A stretch of 31,482 bases of DNA from Cyanobacteria bacterium P01_D01_bin.156 (GCA_039024555.1 JBCCQQ010000069.1:1-31482), one strand, 5' to 3'. Shown: positions 1 through 8,990, counted from the stretch's first letter. The notes: generated by a model from the letters alone, not told the origin. Made by a program: numbers and translations.

Positions 1-491
1 AGCGCGATCACCCAGCTCTCGTTTGAGTGCTAAGCTTTGTTCTTGGTAATCGAGCGCTTGCGGATAGTCACCTAATAAATCATAGATAATGCCGATGTTG
101 CCCAGGGTTATGGCTTCTCCGGCGCGATCACCCAGCTCTCGTTTGAGTGCTAAGCTTTGGTCGTAATAATCGAGGGCTTGGGTATAGTCGCCTAACTTCT
201 CATAGATAATGCCGATGTTGCCCAGGGTTATGGCTTCTCCGGCGCGATCACCCAGCTCTCGTTTGAGTGCTAAGCTTTGTTCTTGGTAATCGAGCGCTTG
301 CGGATAGTCACCTAATAAATCATAGATAATGCCGATGTTACCCAGTGTGTTGGCTTCTCCGGCGCGATCACCCAGCTCTCGTTTGAGTGCTAAGCTTTGT
401 GCTTGGTAATCGAGCGCTTGGGGATAGTCTCCTAATAAGCGATAGATAATGCCGATGTTGCCCAGGGTGTCAGCTTCTCCCGCGCGATCGC
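1..491. repeat. Coding tandem repeat, 120-bp unit, at least 4 copies (40-aa TPR)
   Basis: Lines starting at 1, 121, 241 and 361 are nearly identical (gcgcgatcacccagctctcgtttgagtgctaagcttt...). Confidence 0.97.
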
Positions 492-726
492 TCGCTTGGC
501 GATATAGGTCTAGAGCCTGCTGCCATTTCTCTAAAGCCTGCTGCCATTCACTGACCCTATACAGCTGAAGTCCTTCCTCCAACAGCTGCTCTGCCTGGGT
601 GCTTAGATCATCCGTTTGTGCCCATGCAGTGGCAGGACGCACAACTTCCAGCGTCAGACCGGATACAGCACCTAAGGTCAACGAGGTAATTAATGGGCCT
701 AGGGTAAAGCAGCGAGGGAGCGACAT
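1..726 (-). CDS. Secreted TPR-array protein, 5' part only (runs off the window; probably a TPR-CHAT paralog)
   Basis: Not in the ORF track because no stop lies in the window. Hand translation from ATG 726: MSLPRCFTLGPLITSLTLGAVSGLTLEVVRPATAWAQTDDLSTQAEQLLEEGLQLYRVSEWQQALEKWQQALDLYRQASDRAGEADTLGNIGIIYRLLGDYPQALDYQAQSLALKRELGDRAG..., i.e. signal-like N-terminus (AWA/Q) then 40-aa TPR units, same layout as 5911..8802. The CHAT domain is inferred, not seen. Confidence 0.9.
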   Translation of the reverse strand, partial: MSLPRCFTLGPLITSLTLGAVSGLTLEVVRPATAWAQTDDLSTQAEQLLEEGLQLYRVSEWQQALEKWQQALDLYRQASDRAGEADTLGNIGIIYRLLGDYPQALDYQAQSLALKRELGDRAGEANTLGNIGIIYDLLGDYPQALDYQEQSLALKRELGDRAGEAITLGNIGIIYEKLGDYTQALDYYDQSLALKRELGDRAGEAITLGNIGIIYDLLGDYPQALDYQEQSLALKRELGDRA

Positions 727-815
727 ACTACACCAGTACTTGATTGTTCTAGCCTACAAGGTTTACTTGATTAGATCCGCATACCCATGGATCAATTTTT
801 ACGTTGTCCACGGAT

Positions 816-881
816 AGGAAAGGAAAAAAGGGGAAGGGGGAAGGGGTAAAGGTAAAGGGGGAAGGGGTAAAGGTAAAGGGG
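816..881. repeat. Purine-rich G-tract short tandem repeat (21-bp unit gggggaaggggtaaaggtaaa x2 plus partial copies)
   Basis: 836-856 and 857-877 are identical; it abuts the stop codon of 882..2183. Confidence 0.9.
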
Positions 882-2183
882 TTATAGGTTTCGCTCTGCT
901 GTAATGCTGCTGAGGAGGTCTTCGTCCTCTAGGGTTTTAGCACCTTGGTGGGCCAATTCTAATATTGCTTGGGCCTGGTTGGTGCGGTCGGTGCGGTTAT
1001 ACACTACGCCCAAGCCCCACTGGGCCTTTACCCTTTCTTCTAGCTCATTGGCTGCTTCTGCAAGTGCTACAGCTTGGGTGTAGCTATCTTCTGCCACTAG
1101 GGCCAGACCACTGCGGACAGCATAGTCCCCTAGCAGCCGATAGGCCAGGGCCGACGCTTCCCCAGTCGCAATCAGTTTTTGCAAGTCATTAATCCCCTGG
1201 GCAAACAGCTTGTAGGTAGGATAGATCTCCTGAACAAGGATCAGCGTTTTGAAAGCCTGTGGTACATCCATCGCCTCCACTGCCGCAATATCCGCTGCAA
1301 TATCTCGTGCTTCTTGACCACCCGCAACACTAAACACCGCAGGCGCACTCCACTCCTCAGACGATGCCGCTGCGCGCCAGCCCGCAGTTACCTGGAGGGC
1401 ATATTCTTCTCCTGGTACCAGGGGGGACTTATTCACGGGATAAGCCAGGGCTGGCTGGTCGGTGAGCACGGTCCATTCTGGCTGCCAGCCATCAAAGGTG
1501 TTGCGCTGGAGGGTAACGCGATATTGCCGGGTGCCGGGGACTGGATTCCAGCGTAGAACGGGGGTGCGGGTGAGTACCTGGCCAGACCAGGGAGTAATGA
1601 CATACGGAATGTTGGAATCCTGGGCCGTCCAAGTATCGCTGATGCCAAATGTTGGTTTCAATCGTCTAGGTGTACCTGGACACGCTTCATTAACACTAGA
1701 TACCCCCGCACGCACATTGTCACTCTCGGTACGATCTGGACACAGCAAAGTGACCACTGTCCCTGGAGAAACCCTTAATAAATCATCTCCATAGAGCATA
1801 GTGCGAGGGTATGTGGTGTAAAAGTCTGACCAGACAGCGCGTTTGAGAAAGACTTGTTCTCCTTGGATGGAGTAGAGACGGGCGAGGCGGGCAGCGGCAC
1901 TGGGAGAAAGAGTAAGCCAGGTGGTAAATGCGAGGGCAGGAATTAAGAAGAGACGAACTGTTTTTTTGAATGGTGTTTGAACAGTGTTCTCCCATTTAGG
2001 AGGGGAGGTGCCGTAGGCGGAGGGGGATCGACTGATAGCGATAGGGATTGAAGACTCCTCCGTTGGTTCCCCTTGGTAAGGGGAGCCGTTGTTGAGATAT
2101 TTCTTGGGTAGGGGATTAGGAGATGATGGATATGGAAAAAAATTGAGAGAGTGTCGAAGTATCTCTTTTAATGAATTAATCAT
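882..2183 (-). CDS. Putative exported/membrane-anchored protein with central beta-rich domain (DUF928-like neighbourhood) and C-terminal TPR
   Basis: 433 aa; hydrophobic segment LFLIPALAFTTWLTLSPSAAA; motif IPYVITPW...TPVLRWNPVPGTRQYRVTL; C-terminal TPR-like helices; ATG overlaps upstream TGA. Confidence 0.75.
   Translation of the reverse strand: MINSLKEILRHSLNFFPYPSSPNPLPKKYLNNGSPYQGEPTEESSIPIAISRSPSAYGTSPPKWENTVQTPFKKTVRLFLIPALAFTTWLTLSPSAAARLARLYSIQGEQVFLKRAVWSDFYTTYPRTMLYGDDLLRVSPGTVVTLLCPDRTESDNVRAGVSSVNEACPGTPRRLKPTFGISDTWTAQDSNIPYVITPWSGQVLTRTPVLRWNPVPGTRQYRVTLQRNTFDGWQPEWTVLTDQPALAYPVNKSPLVPGEEYALQVTAGWRAAASSEEWSAPAVFSVAGGQEARDIAADIAAVEAMDVPQAFKTLILVQEIYPTYKLFAQGINDLQKLIATGEASALAYRLLGDYAVRSGLALVAEDSYTQAVALAEAANELEERVKAQWGLGVVYNRTDRTNQAQAILELAHQGAKTLEDEDLLSSITAERNL
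1989..2087. repeat. Dispersed palindromic (MITE/REP-like) element, copy 1, inside a CDS
   Basis: 25-mer aggggaggtgccgtaggcggagggg (2001-2025) is identical to 31406-31430; terminal hairpin ggttcccctt-ggt-aaggggagcc at 2065-2087. Confidence 0.85.
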
Positions 2184-3466
2184 CAGTTTGTTTCTTCCTT
2201 AGGGAGGGTATCGGTTGCTTGGTTGTTTTCTCCTTCATAACCTAGGGCTTTAGAAGCCAGGCCGACCCAGATGTCATCTTCTGGTCGATTGATTTTACTT
2301 AGGCAGGTTTCCCACTCGGTTTTAGCAGCCTGTTCTTGTTGCTGAGTTTCATATAACTGGGCCAGTAAACAGTGGGCATCGGGTCGGGGCTCCTTTAGCT
2401 CTGTCTCTAACTGGATAGCTCGCTTGAGTTCTCCTTCTGCAGACACAAACCGTTCCTGACGCAGCCAGGCCCAGCCAAGATTTTTACGTAAGCCGTATTC
2501 TAATTCTTTATCTTCAGTATCGCGATTTGTGTCTTTTAAGGCTGTGTTTAACAAGATGGCAGCTGACTCGTCATCCTCGTCTTCTAAAATCTGTAACCGG
2601 GCTAAATTATTGACCGAGGCTAAGTAGCCTGCCTGGATCGCTTTGGCATATTCTGCCTTAGCTTTGCCAAACTCTCGTAGATCTTCATAGGTGACGGCTA
2701 AGTCATGGTTTGCTTCTGGAAAATCTGGCTGTAGTCGCAGAGCGCGCTGAAAGCTGGCATGGGCATTGGTAAGTTGTTTATCTTGATAATATTGTCGTTG
2801 GCCCACAGCATGGTAACGCTGGGCAGCCCAGGGTAACCCCACGGCATGGCCCCAAAAGAGCAACAACACAATTCCCAGGGCTAATAAACAGCGCACTAAG
2901 GGCCTGTAGCGTGGTTTTGCCTTAGAAAGTACATAGGTATCAACAATTGTTTGCCCCACTTTGGTGAGTACGCCCCCGGTGGCAAACAGGGCTAGGGCCG
3001 CTGGAACAATGGTGCCAATAGAACTCCAGAGGCCAGGTGCGCCATCAAAAAATCGGGTGGCAATATCTTTGGCAAAGGCCAGGGCAATGGTGAGTAGGGC
3101 AATGGTGACCCCACCCCAGAACCAGCCTAGTATGGGTTTGATTTCAGGCTTTTTGGGGTGCCACCACCAGTGATGCGCCGGGGGATTAACGCTTTTGCGC
3201 CAGGTGGAAAGTGTATGGAGGCGGAGCAGTCGGTCGTTCCATTGACCCAATAAAGCATCATCCTCGGATAGGGTGATCCATTTTTCGGCGGTCAGGGTTT
3301 TAGATGCAGGCTGTTGCGCTAGATGATCGATCAGGGCCTGGATGCGATCGCGTTCTCGCAACATTTCCAGTACCGATTCATCCGACCAGTTTTTGGGCTC
3401 TTTGAGGGCCCGTACCTGCCGGTGATAGTCCGCCAGTGCCGTTTGTAGGATATCCGTTGCCTGCAT
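2183..3466 (-). CDS. Membrane protein with about 3 TM helices and C-terminal TPR repeats
   Basis: 427 aa; helical N-domain ending PPAHHWWWH, three hydrophobic stretches, then TPR motifs (ANHDLAVTYEDL, SVNNLARL, KNLGWAWL, AHCLLAQLYE). Confidence 0.85.
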   Translation of the reverse strand: MQATDILQTALADYHRQVRALKEPKNWSDESVLEMLRERDRIQALIDHLAQQPASKTLTAEKWITLSEDDALLGQWNDRLLRLHTLSTWRKSVNPPAHHWWWHPKKPEIKPILGWFWGGVTIALLTIALAFAKDIATRFFDGAPGLWSSIGTIVPAALALFATGGVLTKVGQTIVDTYVLSKAKPRYRPLVRCLLALGIVLLLFWGHAVGLPWAAQRYHAVGQRQYYQDKQLTNAHASFQRALRLQPDFPEANHDLAVTYEDLREFGKAKAEYAKAIQAGYLASVNNLARLQILEDEDDESAAILLNTALKDTNRDTEDKELEYGLRKNLGWAWLRQERFVSAEGELKRAIQLETELKEPRPDAHCLLAQLYETQQQEQAAKTEWETCLSKINRPEDDIWVGLASKALGYEGENNQATDTLPKEETN

Positions 3467-3496
3467 TGCTTCCCTTCTCAGCCCACACGTCAGCTA

Positions 3497-5761
3497 TTAT
3501 GATGCGTCTCCAGGCACAATATCGACAAACAAGGAGAGCACAGCCACCTGGTCCACATCTAGTAGCCGTGTCCCCTTGGCAGTATTAACACTACCGCGAC
3601 GGGTATCCATGGCCCCAAAGATATCATTCATGGCGTCTACATTGGTGGAGATGGCCCCGCGACTGAGAGAGCTATTCACCCTGGGAGCCTTTAGACGCAG
3701 GGTTTTCAATGGACTAACTAAGGATTGTGGACTGACTAACACCAGCAGCTCAGTAATACCCAAAGGTTCCGCACCCCTGAGTTTAGTGGACCAGGAACCC
3801 CGACGGGAAATAACATCAGCGTCTTCATTATCCGTAGTTAGGGGAAATAACACATTGACCTCACCCGCCGCATCAATGACCACAATGCCAAAGTGTAGAT
3901 CTTGTGTTTCATTGTTGTGGACGGTGACCTCAATTTCATTACCGATAGCAATTTGCTCAATGCCCCGCTCAAACTGTTGAGGAATAAAGATCGCTTCTGG
4001 GTCGCCGCGGCGAGTTGTAGTGCCGCTGCGAGATCCCAGATGCTCCACCTCCACACTGACGTCAAGGTGAGAGGTTTGTTGATTTACCATTAGGGCTAGC
4101 ATTCTACCCAGATAAAGGCTGACAACCCTGGCTTTCAAACGACCCAGGGCATTCTCCATGGTCTCTCCTGAGTCTCCAAAGGAACCGACCAGCAGGGGCA
4201 CCTGGGCTGGGGAAAAAATGCCGATACTGCCAACAGTTTGTCGCAGGCGCGGATTAGTCTCTATTAGGGAGACTCGCTGGTCAATCTCTGCGGTGTAGCG
4301 CCCCAACAAAACATGGGCCATTTTACCGGGTTCGGCCACAAACACATCAAAATCAGATAGCGCCCCTAGATTATCCAGGACAATCTGTTGTTCCGTCGGG
4401 GTGAGGGTATCGTCTAAACCGATTTTGAGCGTAACCTGACTGGAGATGCCCCGTACCTTTTCCTGCAGCAGCTGGGATGATACATTCGCACCCCGAGTGG
4501 TACTGACCAAACGGCCCTGGGTAACCAATCCTTGGCGGGTACCGTCGATCTGTTGCACTTCTGCCAGTTCCTTGCCAGTTGTTTTATCAATGACTGAAAA
4601 GATCGCGCCCTGGTCAAAGGATTCTAACGACCATGGGTCTAGCCCACCTAGCCACAGGGTTACCTCATCATTGTTAGCTTTTTCACGCACAGCATCCAAG
4701 ATTAATGCTTCAGCAGGCTGAGATATGGGTTCAATGTGATAAATCGGTTTTTGGTTGACCACTGGATCATTCTCACGGGCCGGGTCGTAGACTGGCACCT
4801 GGGAATGTTCTGCTAACCGATTGGCACTGTTGCCCACCATGGGAATCGTTTCTGCCAGGGAATCTGTATTTTGCCAAAGGTGTTGGGTTAATAAATAGGT
4901 AAAGGCCCCAGCAGTAAAACCGTCAAAGCTGTAGTCTGCGGCAAGCTGGTTACGGCGGACGGCACCTACAAAAAAGCCCTGGCCCTTAGGGGCGGTGATG
5001 GCATCAGCAAACTGCTGGGCATTCCAGTCGAGGGTGTCGAGTAGCTGTCGCTGGTAGGTCCATTCGCTTTCTGGAATCTGACGCAGATTGCTAATGTCTT
5101 CTGTCGCATCTAAAGAAGCGTTTAAGGACCGCATTACGGCATTGCCGCGCTTACCGCCGCCAGCGTAGCAGCAGTCGAGCAAAAAGGTAACATTGTCGGT
5201 TTTTTGGGCTAGGGCTGCCCGCATCAATAGCAGGGTGTGGCCCATAATGTCTTGTTCTGGAGTGTCATCCGGGAAGGTTGCGATCGCAGTATTGTAAAGC
5301 GAGTTGCATTCGCCCAGATCGTCGATATCGATACAGGTGCGCTGAATCTGTGTAAGCAGTTGCTCCATACGGTCCCGCTCGCGAATCTTTTCTCCATGGC
5401 CAGAAAAGTGAAAGATAACCACGTCCCCTGGCCTAGCAGGCTCATAGAGATATTCGTTAAATGTCTCCCACACATTGCGACGAGACGCCTGCTCATTGCA
5501 CAGAATATGGATATCGCTATCTTTAAATCCAAACCGATGGATCAACAGTTGGCGCTGTAGTTCCACATCGTTGATCGGTCCCTCTAGGCGGTTGCTGCGA
5601 TAGTCGTTAATGCCCACCAACAAAGCTACCTTACGCGGTGTGGCTGCAGCCAGTACTTTGCCATAGCGAGTGGCCGAATGGGTTAGCCCCAGCTGACTCA
5701 GGCCAATGGCACCCAGGGCTCCGGCACTACCGTGTAAAAAATGACGACGGTTAAACGACAT
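3497..5761 (-). CDS. Caspase-family (peptidase C14, orthocaspase/metacaspase) protease with Tat-like signal and C-terminal DUF4384-like domain
   Basis: KVALLVGINDY...LEGPINDV, catalytic His in FHFSGHG and Cys in LLDCCYAGG. Start revised from 5833 to ATG 5761 because GAGGAGG lies just upstream and MSFNRRHFL is a twin-arginine motif. Confidence 0.92.
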   Translation of the reverse strand: MSFNRRHFLHGSAGALGAIGLSQLGLTHSATRYGKVLAAATPRKVALLVGINDYRSNRLEGPINDVELQRQLLIHRFGFKDSDIHILCNEQASRRNVWETFNEYLYEPARPGDVVIFHFSGHGEKIRERDRMEQLLTQIQRTCIDIDDLGECNSLYNTAIATFPDDTPEQDIMGHTLLLMRAALAQKTDNVTFLLDCCYAGGGKRGNAVMRSLNASLDATEDISNLRQIPESEWTYQRQLLDTLDWNAQQFADAITAPKGQGFFVGAVRRNQLAADYSFDGFTAGAFTYLLTQHLWQNTDSLAETIPMVGNSANRLAEHSQVPVYDPARENDPVVNQKPIYHIEPISQPAEALILDAVREKANNDEVTLWLGGLDPWSLESFDQGAIFSVIDKTTGKELAEVQQIDGTRQGLVTQGRLVSTTRGANVSSQLLQEKVRGISSQVTLKIGLDDTLTPTEQQIVLDNLGALSDFDVFVAEPGKMAHVLLGRYTAEIDQRVSLIETNPRLRQTVGSIGIFSPAQVPLLVGSFGDSGETMENALGRLKARVVSLYLGRMLALMVNQQTSHLDVSVEVEHLGSRSGTTTRRGDPEAIFIPQQFERGIEQIAIGNEIEVTVHNNETQDLHFGIVVIDAAGEVNVLFPLTTDNEDADVISRRGSWSTKLRGAEPLGITELLVLVSPQSLVSPLKTLRLKAPRVNSSLSRGAISTNVDAMNDIFGAMDTRRGSVNTAKGTRLLDVDQVAVLSLFVDIVPGDAS

Positions 5762-5851
5762 GGTGATAGCCTCCTCAGTTAGATAAATAATTGAGTTATC
5801 GTAGTGCTTCCTCCAAGTGAGAATTTCTGTCATGGAAAAATTAGACTTAAA

Positions 5852-5876
5852 GCCCCCAGTATTGGGGATTGGGGGC
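5852..5876. repeat. GC-rich palindromic repeat/hairpin between CHAT and caspase genes
   Basis: gccccca-gtattggggat-tgggggc; resembles common cyanobacterial intergenic palindromic repeats. Confidence 0.55.
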
Positions 5877-5910
5877 CTGAGCGACTAATGGCTGCTTTAC
5901 CAGAACCGTC

Positions 5911-8802
5911 CTAAAGACCATTGCCGATTAGGATAAACGGAGCCCAGTAGTGAGGATGGCTAAGGTCGTCCGGGTCGATTTCTAGACCGCTATTGGCAAT
6001 CACGTTAACCAGACCACCCCGGTTGCTATCATCCGCTAGCCGAATTAGGTCTCGCTGGGCCTGTTGCAGGGCAGCCGCTTTGGATAATCCCCCTCGACCT
6101 AGGGCATCGTAAAAGGCGCTCATCAAAATCTGAGTGCCGCCATCATCTACCTGCCACAGGGAACCCATGGCCGCTTCTGCCCCCGCCAATTCCATCAAGT
6201 AGCCAAATCCTAAAATCTCTTCTCCGGTAATGCTGTCAGACTCTTCTCCACTTTCTATAAACTCTTCTGCCCGTAGCACATCGCCAATGGCGGTTTCACA
6301 GGCGCTCAGCACTATCAGTTCCACATTTGGGAAGGTCCAGCCTTTCACGTCGGCTAGGGTAGCCACGTCACCATTGCCAAACATAATGTAAGAATCTTCC
6401 AGGGTGCCGGGGTTAAAGGCCGCATGGGTGGCTAAATGGATAATGTGATAGTCATCCATTTCAAACACAATGCCTGCATTAAAGGCTTCGTTCAGGCGCT
6501 GCACAGTGCCAGGGATAGCCTCAGCCAGGGATTCAATTTCTGGTTTGGTAAAGGGGAGTCCTGAATGGGAAATGATCTGTTCGCCCACTTGTACCGTGTG
6601 GGTGCCTTCTGAAAATGCGGCAGCTAGAACGTTTACCTCATTGGTTTCGGTGGGAGTGGTGTTTAAGTCGTCCAGGCTGGTGGCGGTAATGTTATTGACT
6701 TTGTAGTTTTGGATTAGCCAGTCTTCGCCATCGTGAAGGGTGGCCAGGGGTGCATAGCGCAAACGTAGATCGGGGGAGTAAATAATGGTTTTGGCATCCA
6801 TCTGCTCTAGGTCTGTTTCAATGGGGCGAATCAAGTAGTTGTAGAGTTTTTGGGCTGGGGTAACAGCATCTCGATCGGGGGCTTCGAGGGCGTAGCGCAG
6901 GTTGCCGATGGCCCGGTTTAGGTCGATGCGGGTAACGTCTACGGTGTGGCGGATGGGCGTAGAATCGGGGGTGACGAGAACTAGTTCTAGGCGATCGTCT
7001 AAAACAAGAGGATAGAGCACGACTGCGTTTTGGTTCAGACGCTTTAGGTTATCTCGCAGGTCGTTAAGTTCGGGCAGCTCGATGTTGGCGGCCCCCAGGG
7101 TACTGCGCAAACGGTTGACCAGGGTAACAATGTCGGATTGTTCAAAAAAGGCTTGGAATGCTAGCCATGCAGTTTGTTCTAGCTGACGTAGTTCAATAAT
7201 GCGGGCCTGTTGTTGAGGGGTGCGTTGTTCGGGGCGGATTTTTGCGAGCGTGGTCCGCTCTTGCCCCAGGGCAATCAGCTTATCTTGGTTGGTTTTATAG
7301 CGTTGAATAATCTCTTTTTCATCTGGACGTAGGGCAATGCCAGCCTGGGTATTTTCATTGCCCCGAACGCCGCGTACATAGTTATCAAGTTCTTGCACCC
7401 GCAGCAGGTCCAGCACCCGCTGTGCTTCTAGGATGCGATCTTGCTGCAGAAGTAAATCTGCTAAGGCACGATAATTAGCTTCAATAGTTTCAGTAAAGGA
7501 CTCTTGAGACGATTGCTCCAGAGTTTGCAGATCGGTGCGAATAGCTTCGTAGGCATTGACAGCCTGCTTAAAGAAGATGATCGACAATACAGGTTTATCT
7601 TGGTCATCAAACAAGAAACCAAGATTAGCCAGAGTTTGAGCTTCTGTAACCCGGTCACCGATCTCACGTGTGATGACCAGGCTGGTCTCGTACTGCGCCA
7701 GCGCCTCCGGATACTCTCCTAACGTTCGATGCATAATGCCAATGTTGTTGAGGGTTGCGGCTTCAGTAGCTCGGTCACCGATCTCACGTGTGATGACCAG
7801 GCTGGCCTCGTACTGGGCCAGCGCCTCCGGATACTCTCCTAACGTTCGATGCACAATGCCAATGTTGTTGAGGGTTGCGGCTTCTGTAGCTCGGTCACCG
7901 ATCTCACGTGTGATCACCAGACTGGCCTCGTACTGTGCCAGCGCCTCCGGATACTCTCCTAACGTTCGATGCACAATGCCAATGTTGTTGAGGGTTTGGG
8001 CTTCTGTAGCTCGGTCACCGATCTCACGTGTGATCACCAGACTGGCCTCGTACTGCGCCAACGCCTCCGGATACTCTCCTAAGTTTCGATGTACAATACC
8101 AATGTTGGTGAGGGTTGCGGCTTCTGTAGCTCGGTCACCGATCTCACGTGTGATGACCAGGCTGGCCTCGTACTGTGCCAGCGCCTCCGGATACTCTCCT
8201 AATTTTCGATGCACAATGCCAATGTTGTTGAGGGTGTTGGCTTCCCCTGAACGGTCACCGAGCTCCCGTTTGATCACCAGGCTAGCCTCGTACTGTGCCA
8301 ACGCCTCTGGATACTCTCCTAATTTTCGATGCACAACGCCAATGTTGTTGAGGGTTTTGGCTTCCCCTGAACGGTCACCGAGCTCCCGTTTGATCACCAG
8401 ACTGGCCTCGTACTGCGCCAGTGCCTCCGAATACTCTCCTAATGATTCATGCACAATGCCAATGTTGTTGAGGGTTTTGGCTTCGCCTAAACGATCTTTC
8501 AGGTCTTGATAGATAGCTAATGCCTGCTGCCAAGTGGCTAATGCGGTTCGCCAATCATTGCGGCTATATTGCTCAATGCCTAAATCCAGCAGGCGACCTG
8601 CTTCGGCTAAACGACCATTCGATTCACTATTTTGCTTTGCGCCTAGCGATATGTCTAAACGTTCTAATCGGCTATCCGTAGCAAAGTCTAACCTCTCTAA
8701 AGCGTTGCTTTGCAGCTCGCCAGCCCAGCCTGCTTCTGCAAACGCCAACGGCCATGCCATAGCCAGGGTAATAAGCTGTAGTAATCTGCCGCGATGTCCC
8801 AT
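5911..8802 (-). CDS. Secreted TPR-repeat CHAT-domain (caspase-HetF) protease
   Basis: 963 aa; N-terminal signal peptide, about 8 TPR units, CHAT motifs IIHLATHA (His), LIVLSACETA (Cys), SLWQVDD, HPHYWAPFILIGN. Confidence 0.95.
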   Translation of the reverse strand: MGHRGRLLQLITLAMAWPLAFAEAGWAGELQSNALERLDFATDSRLERLDISLGAKQNSESNGRLAEAGRLLDLGIEQYSRNDWRTALATWQQALAIYQDLKDRLGEAKTLNNIGIVHESLGEYSEALAQYEASLVIKRELGDRSGEAKTLNNIGVVHRKLGEYPEALAQYEASLVIKRELGDRSGEANTLNNIGIVHRKLGEYPEALAQYEASLVITREIGDRATEAATLTNIGIVHRNLGEYPEALAQYEASLVITREIGDRATEAQTLNNIGIVHRTLGEYPEALAQYEASLVITREIGDRATEAATLNNIGIVHRTLGEYPEALAQYEASLVITREIGDRATEAATLNNIGIMHRTLGEYPEALAQYETSLVITREIGDRVTEAQTLANLGFLFDDQDKPVLSIIFFKQAVNAYEAIRTDLQTLEQSSQESFTETIEANYRALADLLLQQDRILEAQRVLDLLRVQELDNYVRGVRGNENTQAGIALRPDEKEIIQRYKTNQDKLIALGQERTTLAKIRPEQRTPQQQARIIELRQLEQTAWLAFQAFFEQSDIVTLVNRLRSTLGAANIELPELNDLRDNLKRLNQNAVVLYPLVLDDRLELVLVTPDSTPIRHTVDVTRIDLNRAIGNLRYALEAPDRDAVTPAQKLYNYLIRPIETDLEQMDAKTIIYSPDLRLRYAPLATLHDGEDWLIQNYKVNNITATSLDDLNTTPTETNEVNVLAAAFSEGTHTVQVGEQIISHSGLPFTKPEIESLAEAIPGTVQRLNEAFNAGIVFEMDDYHIIHLATHAAFNPGTLEDSYIMFGNGDVATLADVKGWTFPNVELIVLSACETAIGDVLRAEEFIESGEESDSITGEEILGFGYLMELAGAEAAMGSLWQVDDGGTQILMSAFYDALGRGGLSKAAALQQAQRDLIRLADDSNRGGLVNVIANSGLEIDPDDLSHPHYWAPFILIGNGL
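7632..8490. repeat. Coding tandem repeat, 120-bp unit, about 7 copies (40-aa TPR)
   Basis: Alternating 60-nt lines recur almost identically from 7681 to 8490. Confidence 0.97.
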
Positions 8803-8971
8803 AAGGTCTACGCTGAAGGGGCTATTTAGTTAAATTTACCGGTGAGGCAAGAGTTTCTCTGGAGATGCCTGATGTTTCTTAATCATGCATCTCACCTGCC
8901 TTTCTGTGTATTACCCGATGGGGTACTGTTTATGCCTAAGGATCGGCAATTTAATAATGTACCGATTTATC

Positions 8972-8990
8972 CTGTCCCCTGAGGGGACAG
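8972..8990 (-). terminator. Hairpin, possible terminator downstream of pentapeptide gene
   Basis: ctgtcccc-tga-ggggacag perfect 8-bp stem; no clear U-tract. Confidence 0.4.

Noticed and set aside
599..817. 72-aa plus-strand ORF
   Set aside because: Overlaps the real minus-strand gene starting at 726 and has no recognisable features.
5762..5833. N-terminal extension of the caspase in the ORF track
   Set aside because: Strong RBS and twin-arginine motif support ATG 5761.
1..8490. 120-bp repeats as CRISPR array or diversity-generating retroelement
   Set aside because: Units are contiguous and in-frame coding with no unique spacers; no cas or reverse transcriptase gene in the window; differences are not adenine-specific.
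7670..8509. 279-aa plus-strand repetitive ORF
   Set aside because: Antisense shadow of the TPR array; open only because the 120-bp unit lacks a stop in that frame.
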